From Desulfobacterales bacterium (GTDB lineage: Bacteria > Desulfobacterota > Desulfobacteria > Desulfobacterales > B30-G6), in contig JASJGV010000611.1 in the NCBI GenBank assembly GCA_033791325.1, positions 1 through 24,125 on the forward strand: a stretch of DNA of 24,125 nucleotides. Direction: 5' to 3'. Below the pieces are notes generated by a model. That model was not told the origin of the DNA. It was given only the letters and a program-made list of their open reading frames with translations, and made no database searches. Numbering within the stretch: the first letter of the stretch is position 1; each line of letters starts with the position of its first letter. Position numbers and translations under genes: made by a program. Shown here one piece after another: positions 16,467 through 24,125 of the stretch.

Positions 16467-16575
16467 TATAGGGGTTGTCAGAAAAACGTTCCGATTGAGG
16501 ACCGTTTTTCTGCTACAAACCCTTATGCCGCAACCCTATTTTCGGAACATTATTATGACAAGCGGTATAAAACTT
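16467..16575 (+). repeat. Family R element, copy 2
   Basis: 3 mismatches versus 77-185; starts 11 bp after the tupC stop. Confidence 0.95.
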
Positions 16576-16582
16576 GACGAAA

Positions 16583-16610
16583 CCCCAATGTTGCATAAAC
16601 AACATTGGGG
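16583..16610. terminator. Perfect 11-bp hairpin, possible terminator or RNA stability element
   Basis: ccccaatgttg-cataaa-caacattgggg. No clear U-tract on the + strand and only TTT on the minus strand. Confidence 0.4.
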
Positions 16611-16754
16611 GAAAGCGTCTTCACTTGTCTCGGGATACCCGCGGCGATCACCCCGCCTCATGGTGTGGAAAGAATGGACCTTGACATATTCAGAAGCATC
16701 CATGTAAAATCCCCGTAAATCAACCCATTCGGATATCAATCATATTTAACAATT

Positions 16755-16796
16755 AGCGACATAGTCGCGTCTGATAAAATCGTGAAGCGATTTTAT
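16755..16796 (+). repeat. 42-bp twin-hairpin motif upstream of the PrdB-like gene
   Basis: 34/42 identical to 14534-14575. Confidence 0.8.
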
Positions 16797-16810
16797 TGTG
16801 GAGGTAACAA

Positions 16811-17692
16811 ATGTCCGTATCAGCTAAAAGGGTAAATGGGTTCTATTTTATGCCGCCCTCACTCAGCGCATGGATCGGTCAAACCATACCTGAAAAAAAG
16901 TTTGGTGGGCAAATCCCCTGGACACCCCTGAAAAAACCCGTCTCGGAAACCGTTTTCTCTTTGATGACATCCGCCGGCATCAACATTAAAACAGACCCGG
17001 ACTTTGACATGCAGCGGGAAAAGCAGGAACCCACATGGGGAGATCCCTCCTACAGGAAGATACCGAAATCGGCAAGGGAATCAGACATCCATGTCAATCA
17101 CCTGCATGTTAATACGGATTATATCAAAAAAGACATGAACGTAACCCTGCATTTGGGGCGATTTCGGGAATTCGAAACCGATGGTGTTATCGGTGCAATA
17201 GCCCCCACGTCCTATTCCTATTACGGATATCAAACAGATCCAACCGCTCTGATGGAAGAGACCATGCCAAAGGTTGTGGCAGACATGAAATCCGAGGGAG
17301 TGGAAGCCGTTCTCCTTACCCCGGCCTGACCGCTGTGCTGCCGGTCCGTGGGACTGGTTGCACGGTTTCTCGAAGAGAATGGGATCTCCACCATTCTGCT
17401 CACCATGACACCCGATTTTAACAGAGAAATAGGAATACCGCGCATTGCGGCCATCGAATACCCTTATGGACGAGTCGTGGGTGAAGTAAATGATACTGAA
17501 GGACAACGGCAGGTGCTTCTGGAAGCATTGTCGGTGCTGGGTACTGCAAAAAAACCGGGTGAAGTGGTACATCTGCCATACACCTGGCACGAAGACCCCA
17601 AAGACACAAAATGGCATCCGCCCGAGGCTTCCCCCATCATCAAGATGTACCTCGCGACAATAAAGAAAGCCGGAGCCGAAGCACGCAAGTAG
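16811..17692 (+). CDS. Glycine/betaine/D-proline reductase selenoprotein B family protein (PrdB-like), 293 aa, Sec173
   Basis: Track ORFs 16811-17329 and 17348-17692 are in one frame. Read-through gives EAVLLTPA(TGA)PLCCRSVGLVARFLEENGISTILL, matching the PrdB UxxCxRS pattern. PWTPLKKP and GDPSYRKIP upstream; GGAGG RBS. Confidence 0.92.
17335..17363 (+). promoter_or_regulatory. Bacterial SECIS element for the PrdB-like UGA
   Basis: gtgc-t-gccggtcc[gtg]ggactggt-t-gcac: about 12-bp stem. G-led loop begins 18 nt after the UGA at 17327-17329. Confidence 0.8.
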
Positions 17693-17732
17693 ACGCAATG
17701 CCGTTAAAAACAAATAATAAAGGCTTAGTTTA

Positions 17733-18647
17733 ATGGATAAAGATAACGAAAGTATCGTCATTCTGTTTGCGAATATATCGGAAAGTGCACATCTGTATGA
17801 CCGAATGGGTGATACCACTGCAACTAATTTGATTAAAAAATGTCTCTCTCTAATCCAAGAAATAGCACAGGAACAAATGGGGGATGTGATAAATATCTTT
17901 GGAGATAAGGTCAATTGCGTATTTTGGGACGCCACCTCAGCTGTTCTGGCGGCCAAAGGGATGAATGAAGCTATCGAGAATTATATTGTGAATGATACCG
18001 ATAGTAGAATGCCCATCAATCTGCATATTGGTATCCATTCTGGCCCAGTACAAAAAGAGGAAAATAAATTATTTGGTGATACTGTCAACACGGTGGCTAT
18101 AGTTAACAAAACAGCCAAGTCCCGGGAGATCTTGATTACCGAACAGGTATTCAATGGCTTGGAATCCGAGCTGAAGCCATCGGCCCAGTATACGGCAACA
18201 ATAAGGGTAAAAGGGAATAGTTCACCACTGAACCTATATGAATACATTTGGGAAGATATTGAAACGACTGTTGCGATCGACAAGAACAAGTTAAACCAGT
18301 TAATAAATGATCAGGACACATGTCTCGAACTGACATCCCAAAATCAGACCTATGAAATTTCCACCCATACCCCCCGTCTCAAGTTAGGTCGGCAGTCTCA
18401 GAACGATCTTGTAATCGGTGATAAATCGGCATCCCGGTTCCATGCCTCCATTGAGTTAAAGAACGATAAATTTGTACTGAGCGATCACAGTACAAACGGT
18501 ACCTTTGTATATCCGCAGGACGGTAAATCATATAGTATAACTCAGACAAAAACTTACCTTGAAGGAACGGGTGCTCTTTGTTTAGGCGAAGATAGTGGTT
18601 TGGATTCACCCATAGCGATACATTACCGTATCAAGGATGCCACCTAA
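17733..18647 (+). CDS. Class III adenylate/guanylate cyclase-like domain (degenerate) + FHA domain
   Basis: VILFANIS, IFGDKV, LHIGIHSGPV, FGDTVNTVAI; FHA LGRQ, SRFHA, STNGTFV. Confidence 0.88.
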   Translation: MDKDNESIVILFANISESAHLYDRMGDTTATNLIKKCLSLIQEIAQEQMGDVINIFGDKVNCVFWDATSAVLAAKGMNEAIENYIVNDTDSRMPINLHIGIHSGPVQKEENKLFGDTVNTVAIVNKTAKSREILITEQVFNGLESELKPSAQYTATIRVKGNSSPLNLYEYIWEDIETTVAIDKNKLNQLINDQDTCLELTSQNQTYEISTHTPRLKLGRQSQNDLVIGDKSASRFHASIELKNDKFVLSDHSTNGTFVYPQDGKSYSITQTKTYLEGTGALCLGEDSGLDSPIAIHYRIKDAT

Positions 18648-18748
18648 ATTCTCCCTTAGTTGAAGAATCCAGCTCTCCAAAACCATCCATGCCTCAACAT
18701 ACAATCCAGTCGTGGTGATATCATCATCCATGTCGCTGTATAGACCGG

Positions 18749-19507
18749 TTAGAAGCGCAAGGAAAGACAGGTCAAGCCCCCATCCATCTTGGCCACTTCA
18801 CTCACATCCAGTTCGACGATGGGTTGATTCAGGACAGACAGTTGTTTCTTGGTGATTGGATAGCCCTTGGGCATGATCAGGGAATCGTTGATCCACAGCG
18901 TGTTGGCAGCATATGTCTCTGTATCGTCCAGAACGATCTTATTATAAGGCTCGAAAAGATTCAGATGTTGGAATGGCGCCGTCAGGATCAGTGTGTTCTT
19001 GCCTACATAATTAATACTCGATTTTAAATGCAAGCCATCCCCCACGGGAATGGTATCCCAGGCATAACCATGCGATCCGAGTATGGTGCCCAACTGCCGT
19101 GCACCTTCGACATTGGTACGGTCGGAAATACCGATAAAGATATAGTTCCCCACCATCAGGACGTCGCCACCATCCACAGTACCGGGCGCCTGGATGTTCT
19201 CGATTTTTCGAAATCGTGACAAAACCGGTTCGATACTCGCTTGCTCTCCCTGTCGAGATATGGCTCCAGGGATGGTGATCACGGCCACCTCCGGTGTCAC
19301 CACGGCCGTATCTTCCACAAAATAGGCATCCGGATAATCAGGCTGCGTATCCAGGATCATCACCTCTATACCCAGCTTCCCGAGTATCTCAATATAAGCG
19401 TTGTGCTGCTCCTCAACCAATGGGAAACTGGGTGTCCCAAGAAGTGAGGTTGTCAAGCCCTTGCTGAAATTAGGGCCGGGTTTTCTCACAAGCGCATGGG
19501 TGAACAT
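18749..19507 (-). CDS. Dimethylargininase (DDAH)/amidinotransferase family
   Basis: FVEDTAVV, VDGGDVL, GLHLKS, DGGLTCLS catalytic Asp/His/Cys. Start MFTHAL after AAGGA. Confidence 0.92.
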   Translation of the reverse strand: MFTHALVRKPGPNFSKGLTTSLLGTPSFPLVEEQHNAYIEILGKLGIEVMILDTQPDYPDAYFVEDTAVVTPEVAVITIPGAISRQGEQASIEPVLSRFRKIENIQAPGTVDGGDVLMVGNYIFIGISDRTNVEGARQLGTILGSHGYAWDTIPVGDGLHLKSSINYVGKNTLILTAPFQHLNLFEPYNKIVLDDTETYAANTLWINDSLIMPKGYPITKKQLSVLNQPIVELDVSEVAKMDGGLTCLSLRF

Positions 19508-19599
19508 AAATATTTCCTTATTTGAAGATTGAAAAACCCTGCGGTATGTCACGTGGAATGAGCTCACTGTTGCAGGTCAAAAATCATCTGGACCTTACA

Positions 19600-19703
19600 T
19601 ATAGGGGTTGTCAGAAAAACATTCCGATTGAGGACTATTTTTCTGCTACAAACCCTTATGCCGCGATCCTATTTTCGGAACATTATTATGACAAGCGGTA
19701 TAA
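19600..19703 (+). repeat. Family R element, copy 3
   Basis: 5 mismatches in 104 bp versus copy 2; ends 6 bp from the GGDEF gene stop. Confidence 0.93.
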
Positions 19704-19709
19704 GTCCGC

Positions 19710-21332
19710 TTAGTCAAGGACGTCCCCCAATGCCGTCAATTGTACACTGCTTTCCGGAACAGGAATTTCTTCAGTATAGACCACCACCTGGTCTCGCCCG
19801 TTTTCCTTGGCCGCATACAAAGCCGCATCAGCCCGTTGCAACAGGTCATCGATATTCTTACCATCATCGGGAAACGTTGCGATACCCAGACTGATGGTCA
19901 CCGGTGGCAGGCTGCCGACTTTGATTTCGGAAACGCCCCTGCGAAGGCGGTCAGCCAGGATAAAAGCGGCCTCCTTGACGGTTTCCGGCAGAAACATGAT
20001 AAATTCTTCGCCGCCATATCGACCGACGCTGTCCACGTCTCGAACACTTTTCTGTAAGAAAGCGCCAACAGCTTTCAGCACCTTGTCACCGGCAGTATGC
20101 CCGTATGTGTCATTAACGGTTTTAAACTGATCCAGGTCTCCCATGACCACGGACAAACTTTTTTTATACCGTTGGGTACGGTGAATTTCATCCTGAAGCT
20201 TTGCCATGAAATAGCGCCTCACATGCAGACCGGTCAATGAATCATTAATGGCCATTTCCCACAGTTGTGCCTTACTGATGGAGATCGCTGCCTGGTCTGC
20301 CACCGCACCCAGCATCTCTATATCCTCAGCCGTAAAACCGTCGCCGTTCTTCTTGTTGGTGACATTGATAACCCCAATAATGTCCTCGTATACTTTCATC
20401 GGGATGCAGGCAATGGAGTCTGCAAAAGACGCACGACCCTCTACAAACCTTTTGTCTTCAACGGTTTTATTGATGAACACCGGCTCTCCTGTTTGGAAAA
20501 CGGTCCCGGCAACACCTTCTCCCGGCTCGAACGTTTTACACTTGATTTCATTGTTGTTGATTTTCTGCTGGTACTCTTTGTCCTGCAGACCCGCCAGAAC
20601 GCGAACGCTCAATTGGTTTGTATCCGGGTCGTGAAGCATGATAGAGCCTTTCTCGGCGACTGTCACCTCGACAGCCTGGTTCAGAATGTATTTCAAAAGG
20701 CTCTTGAGATCACTGATATAGGTCATGGCCCGCCCGATATTATAAAGGAGGGAGAGGTTGTTAAGCGTCTTGTCCAGATCCTCTTTTTCCTTTATATGCC
20801 GTTCGTGCAGAAGACAGGTATTGATGGAGACGGCTGCGTGCAGGCAGATCCTTGTTAAAAAGTCGAGACAAAATTTATCTTTAGAAATTTCCTTAAAAGA
20901 CCTGTTTAACGCCACCAGACCAATGACATTCTCTTTCATGTTCAGCAGGGCCCATGTTACCGATTTCAGGCTTTTTGGTTTCTTTTCTCTGAAAAACGAT
21001 TTGACTTCAGGAATATCGTCCATGGCTTCCATGGGTTGAAAGCCGTTTTGGCGCAACCGGGATAAAAAGCCATCACCACTCTTGAGTGCATTTTTCCAGA
21101 CATTGAATCCCTGGTTGTAAACGAGGTTAAAACTGCTGATTTCCTGATTGAAATTGAAAACAGCGATGGCATCGGCACCCAGTTTTCTGCTGAGAATGTC
21201 GGCAAAAATCCCATACAGTTCATCTGAACATCGGGTGTCGCTCAACTGATGTACCGCATCCAGAAGTTCGCTCAGTTCTTTTATGCGGGGATCCGTATTG
21301 TCTTGAAACTCGATGCTGATTTCATCTGTCAT
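19710..21332 (-). CDS. GAF-GAF-GGDEF diguanylate cyclase
   Basis: DSLTGL, DLDQFKTVNDTYGHTAGDKVL, RDVD (RxxD I-site), RYGGEEF; two GAF-like regions. Confidence 0.93.
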   Translation of the reverse strand: MTDEISIEFQDNTDPRIKELSELLDAVHQLSDTRCSDELYGIFADILSRKLGADAIAVFNFNQEISSFNLVYNQGFNVWKNALKSGDGFLSRLRQNGFQPMEAMDDIPEVKSFFREKKPKSLKSVTWALLNMKENVIGLVALNRSFKEISKDKFCLDFLTRICLHAAVSINTCLLHERHIKEKEDLDKTLNNLSLLYNIGRAMTYISDLKSLLKYILNQAVEVTVAEKGSIMLHDPDTNQLSVRVLAGLQDKEYQQKINNNEIKCKTFEPGEGVAGTVFQTGEPVFINKTVEDKRFVEGRASFADSIACIPMKVYEDIIGVINVTNKKNGDGFTAEDIEMLGAVADQAAISISKAQLWEMAINDSLTGLHVRRYFMAKLQDEIHRTQRYKKSLSVVMGDLDQFKTVNDTYGHTAGDKVLKAVGAFLQKSVRDVDSVGRYGGEEFIMFLPETVKEAAFILADRLRRGVSEIKVGSLPPVTISLGIATFPDDGKNIDDLLQRADAALYAAKENGRDQVVVYTEEIPVPESSVQLTALGDVLD

Positions 21333-21364
21333 AGCAACCTTCCATGGTGTTTCATTTGAACCAA

Positions 21365-22756
21365 TTAAAACCCTTCAAACGGTTCCCGTTTTAGAAATCT
21401 ACCCCTGCCGATTTTACCGACAAAGGCAAGCTGCTCGCCATTCCATTCTGCAACCCGTTTGCCTCTGGAATAGACAGCATACGGCATACCGGTCATTTCC
21501 ATGCCCTCATAAGGCGTGTAATCGACATTCATATGCAGTTTGTCCTGGGTAATTGTAAATTTCTGATCCGGATCAAAAACAACGATATCGGCATCCTTGC
21601 CCACGATAATTTCACCCTTGTCCTTTAACCCAAACATCCGAGCAGTTCCCGTGGAAAGGACATCCACCATCCTTTCGAGACTGATGCGACCCTTTACGAC
21701 ACCTTCCGTATGCATCAGCATCAGAAGTGTCTCGATACCTGGGGCACCGTTGGGAATTTTTTTGTAGTCGTCCTTTCCAAACATATCCTTTTTACCTTTG
21801 AAATCAAAGGGGCAATGATCTGTTGCCACCACCTGGAGATCGCCACCCTTCAAGCCCCCCCACAAAGCTTCGCTGCTTTCTTCTGTTCTCAACGGCGGTG
21901 ACATGACGTACTTGGCGCCGTTAAAATCCGCTTCCTTGTAGCGATCTTCATTCAGAAGTAAATACTGGGGACAGGTCTCTGCAAACACATCGATGCCGTG
22001 ATCTCTGGCTTCTTTCACCTTGAAAAGCCCTTCTTTGGAAGAAAGATGAACAATATAGATCCGTGAACCGGTCAGTTCCACCATTTTGATGGCCCTGGAA
22101 ATGGCCTCTTCTTCGGCAATATTCGGCCGACTGACGGCATGGTAGTAGGGTGCCAGCTTTCCTTCCTTTTCGAGCATTTCGTTCATGTGCTGAATGATGT
22201 AGACATTTTCCGCGTGGACTTGTACCAGTCCGCCATATTTCTTCGTCTCCTCCAGGAGTTTTATCATGGTGGCATCATCTACCCTGAAATCATATACCAT
22301 GAATATCTTAAAGCTGGGTGTGCCGTAATCCAGGATTGCCTTTTTAACCTCCTCGATAACCTCCGGTCTCGGGTCCATGACAGCTGGGTGCAAGGAGAAG
22401 TCCACCGCCGCTTTTCCTTCGGCCCATGATTTTTTCCTCTCCAGAGCCTCCAGCAGGGATTCACCTTTTTGCTGCAGGTCAAAATCGACCACCGTGGTGA
22501 CACCACCACATGCGGCTGATATGGTGCCGGTTTCGTAATCGTCCTGCGCGCTCGTTCCCATAAACGGCATGGAGATATGCGTATGGGGATCGATGGCCCC
22601 GGGAAGCACATATTTCCCTTTTGCATCGATGATTTCGTCTGCGACAACATCAAGATCCTTTCCAATGGATTTGATCTTATCTCCTTCCGCATACACGTCC
22701 GCAACATACCGCCCGGTCGAGGTTACAATCGTACCGTTTTTAATATGTACACTCAT
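21365..22756 (-). CDS. hydA: Dihydropyrimidinase / D-hydantoinase
   Basis: PGAIDPHTH, FKIFM, VHAEN, YIVHLS, YVMSPPLR, ATDHCPF. Start MSVHIKNG after AAGGAGG. Confidence 0.95.
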   Translation of the reverse strand: MSVHIKNGTIVTSTGRYVADVYAEGDKIKSIGKDLDVVADEIIDAKGKYVLPGAIDPHTHISMPFMGTSAQDDYETGTISAACGGVTTVVDFDLQQKGESLLEALERKKSWAEGKAAVDFSLHPAVMDPRPEVIEEVKKAILDYGTPSFKIFMVYDFRVDDATMIKLLEETKKYGGLVQVHAENVYIIQHMNEMLEKEGKLAPYYHAVSRPNIAEEEAISRAIKMVELTGSRIYIVHLSSKEGLFKVKEARDHGIDVFAETCPQYLLLNEDRYKEADFNGAKYVMSPPLRTEESSEALWGGLKGGDLQVVATDHCPFDFKGKKDMFGKDDYKKIPNGAPGIETLLMLMHTEGVVKGRISLERMVDVLSTGTARMFGLKDKGEIIVGKDADIVVFDPDQKFTITQDKLHMNVDYTPYEGMEMTGMPYAVYSRGKRVAEWNGEQLAFVGKIGRGRFLKREPFEGF

Positions 22757-24053
22757 TGGGTCCCTCCTTGGTAAATGCTTCAAGCTTAATCTCACTCTCC
22801 AGGTTTTTATCCATTACCCGGGTCTCATCACGGCTCCATGCCGCGGGCATCTCCTTAAACGAGATCAACCCGGGCACGGGGCAAACAAAGCTGCAGAGCA
22901 TACAGCTCAAACACTTGTCTTCCACCAGTTTTGGTCTGCGCTCTTTTGAATCCCACTCGATGGCCTGACCGGCGGCATCGGTACATACGATGTAGCACTG
23001 ACCGCAGCCCACGCATTTATCAAGATCGTAGTGGGTAATACCCTGGCGGTCCAGATCGAAATGATCGGTTGTTTTCAGGTTTGGCAGCGCTTTTCCCACC
23101 AGATCGCCAACCTTTGTTATGGCGCGTTGGGCCATAAAATCCGACAACCCTTCGATCATATCTTCAACAATTCGATAGCCATAGTGCATGATGCCGGTGG
23201 TTACCTGTATCGTGGACGCACCCAGCAGGATGTATTCCAGGGCATCGATCCAGGTCTCGATGCCACCGATCCCGGAAAGTGGCAGCGCAAGCCCTTCGCA
23301 CTTGGCCATGTCGGCAATGAAATGCAGCCCGATGGGTTTTATGGCCGGACCGGACGTGCCGCTGACAGCCCCTATGCCGAATATGTTGGGTTTGGGAACC
23401 AGGTCTTCCATACCGACCTCTGATATACCACTTACCGTGTTGATGGCAGAGATGGCATCGGCGCCACCGTTTTTCGCATAAATAGCCGGTTCCGTCATAT
23501 CCGTAATGTTGGGGGTCATCTTGGCGATCACCGGGATGGAAACGATGTTCTTGACCGTCGTGGTGAATTTTTCAATCAGGTCAAAGGCTTTGCCCACATG
23601 ATGCCCCGTCCCCTCGATGCACATATGGGGGCATGAAAAATTGAGTTCTAGCATGTCTGCGCCGTTGTCCTCGGACACTTTGGCCAGATAGGCCCATTCT
23701 TCGTTAGAAAACCCCATGATACTCGATATTAATATGTGTGCTGGATAATGCTTTTTCAGATAGAGAAAATCGGTCAGGTTGTCTTTCAAGGGCCGATCTG
23801 AAATCTGTTCCACGTTCTGAACCCCTACAACCTGTTTAGCACCGTAGTGAAAAGCGTTCATCCTTGGGGATGGGTGGGTGATTTTCAACCGATCCGAGTT
23901 CAGCGTTTTGAATACCACGCCGGACCAACCGGCCTCAAAAGATTGTGCAACCATCTCGGCACTGTTGGACACCGGTGACGAAGAGAGCAGGAAAGGGTTT
24001 AAAAACGTCCTCCCGCAAAATTCGATGGATAGATCCATGGGTTGATTGGACAC
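22740..24053 (-). CDS. preA: NAD-dependent dihydropyrimidine dehydrogenase subunit PreA
   Basis: NPFLLSSSP, ELNFSCPH, AKMTPN, SAINT, CVGCGQCYIVC and CLSCMLCSFVCP clusters. GTG 24053 lies 7 nt after GGAGG; overlaps the hydA start by 17 nt. Confidence 0.95.
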   Translation of the reverse strand: MSNQPMDLSIEFCGRTFLNPFLLSSSPVSNSAEMVAQSFEAGWSGVVFKTLNSDRLKITHPSPRMNAFHYGAKQVVGVQNVEQISDRPLKDNLTDFLYLKKHYPAHILISSIMGFSNEEWAYLAKVSEDNGADMLELNFSCPHMCIEGTGHHVGKAFDLIEKFTTTVKNIVSIPVIAKMTPNITDMTEPAIYAKNGGADAISAINTVSGISEVGMEDLVPKPNIFGIGAVSGTSGPAIKPIGLHFIADMAKCEGLALPLSGIGGIETWIDALEYILLGASTIQVTTGIMHYGYRIVEDMIEGLSDFMAQRAITKVGDLVGKALPNLKTTDHFDLDRQGITHYDLDKCVGCGQCYIVCTDAAGQAIEWDSKERRPKLVEDKCLSCMLCSFVCPVPGLISFKEMPAAWSRDETRVMDKNLESEIKLEAFTKEGPNECTY

Positions 24054-24067
24054 AATATTTCCTCCTG

Positions 24068-24125
24068 TTTTATACCGCTTGTCAATATAATGTTCCGAAA
24101 AGTAAGATGGCGGCATAAGGGTTTG
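24068..24125 (-). repeat. Family R element, copy 4 (3' part; truncated by window end)
   Basis: Reverse complement caaacccttatgccgccatcttacttttcggaacattatattgacaagcggtataaaa matches the 3' half of 77-185. Confidence 0.92.

Noticed and set aside
16495-16707. ORFs 16495-16707 and 19628-19894 with near-identical N-termini
   Set aside because: The similarity comes entirely from family R repeat DNA; no coding evidence.
16536-16739. 67-aa minus-strand ORF between tupC and the PrdB-like gene
   Set aside because: No recognisable motif or RBS, and it overlaps a hairpin and the repeat; could be a relic but unsupported.
17348-17692. Separate 114-aa gene in the ORF track
   Set aside because: In frame with 16811-17329 and lacks its own RBS; it is the C-terminal part of the Sec read-through protein.
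3427-23481. Many short antisense or overlapping ORFs in the track (e.g. 3427-3786, 6199-6627, 11613-12095, 20265-20858)
   Set aside because: Shadow frames of confidently assigned genes with no independent motifs.

Overview
Gene-dense chromosomal window, inferred to come from an anaerobic Desulfobacterota (Desulfobacterales-like) bacterium. It encodes TerB-family protein, a small O6-alkylguanine alkyltransferase (MGMT), thioesterase, NifA-like sigma54 activator, DinB, tungsten-family aldehyde:ferredoxin oxidoreductase, amino-acid racemase, an unknown membrane protein, alpha/beta hydrolase, PiT + DUF47, an excisionase-HTH/PBP regulator with tupABC, a PrdB-like protein, a degenerate cyclase-FHA protein, DDAH, a GAF-GAF-GGDEF protein, hydA and preA. 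The ORF track misses or splits two probable selenoproteins. One is a 105-aa MGMT whose catalytic PCHRV Cys is an in-frame TGA (1014..1331, minus). The other is a 293-aa PrdB-like protein with UxxC (16811..17692). Each TGA is followed by a bacterial SECIS-like hairpin. Most intergenic gaps hold non-coding repeats: four copies of a ~109-bp hairpin element, 18-bp-period mini-hairpin arrays with covarying stems, mosaics of 7/8-mer periodic modules anchored at stop codons, a 42-bp twin hairpin present twice, and heptad-built inverted repeats. I saw no rRNA, tRNA, CRISPR array or transposase. All calls are from manual translation and motif recognition; no searches were run.
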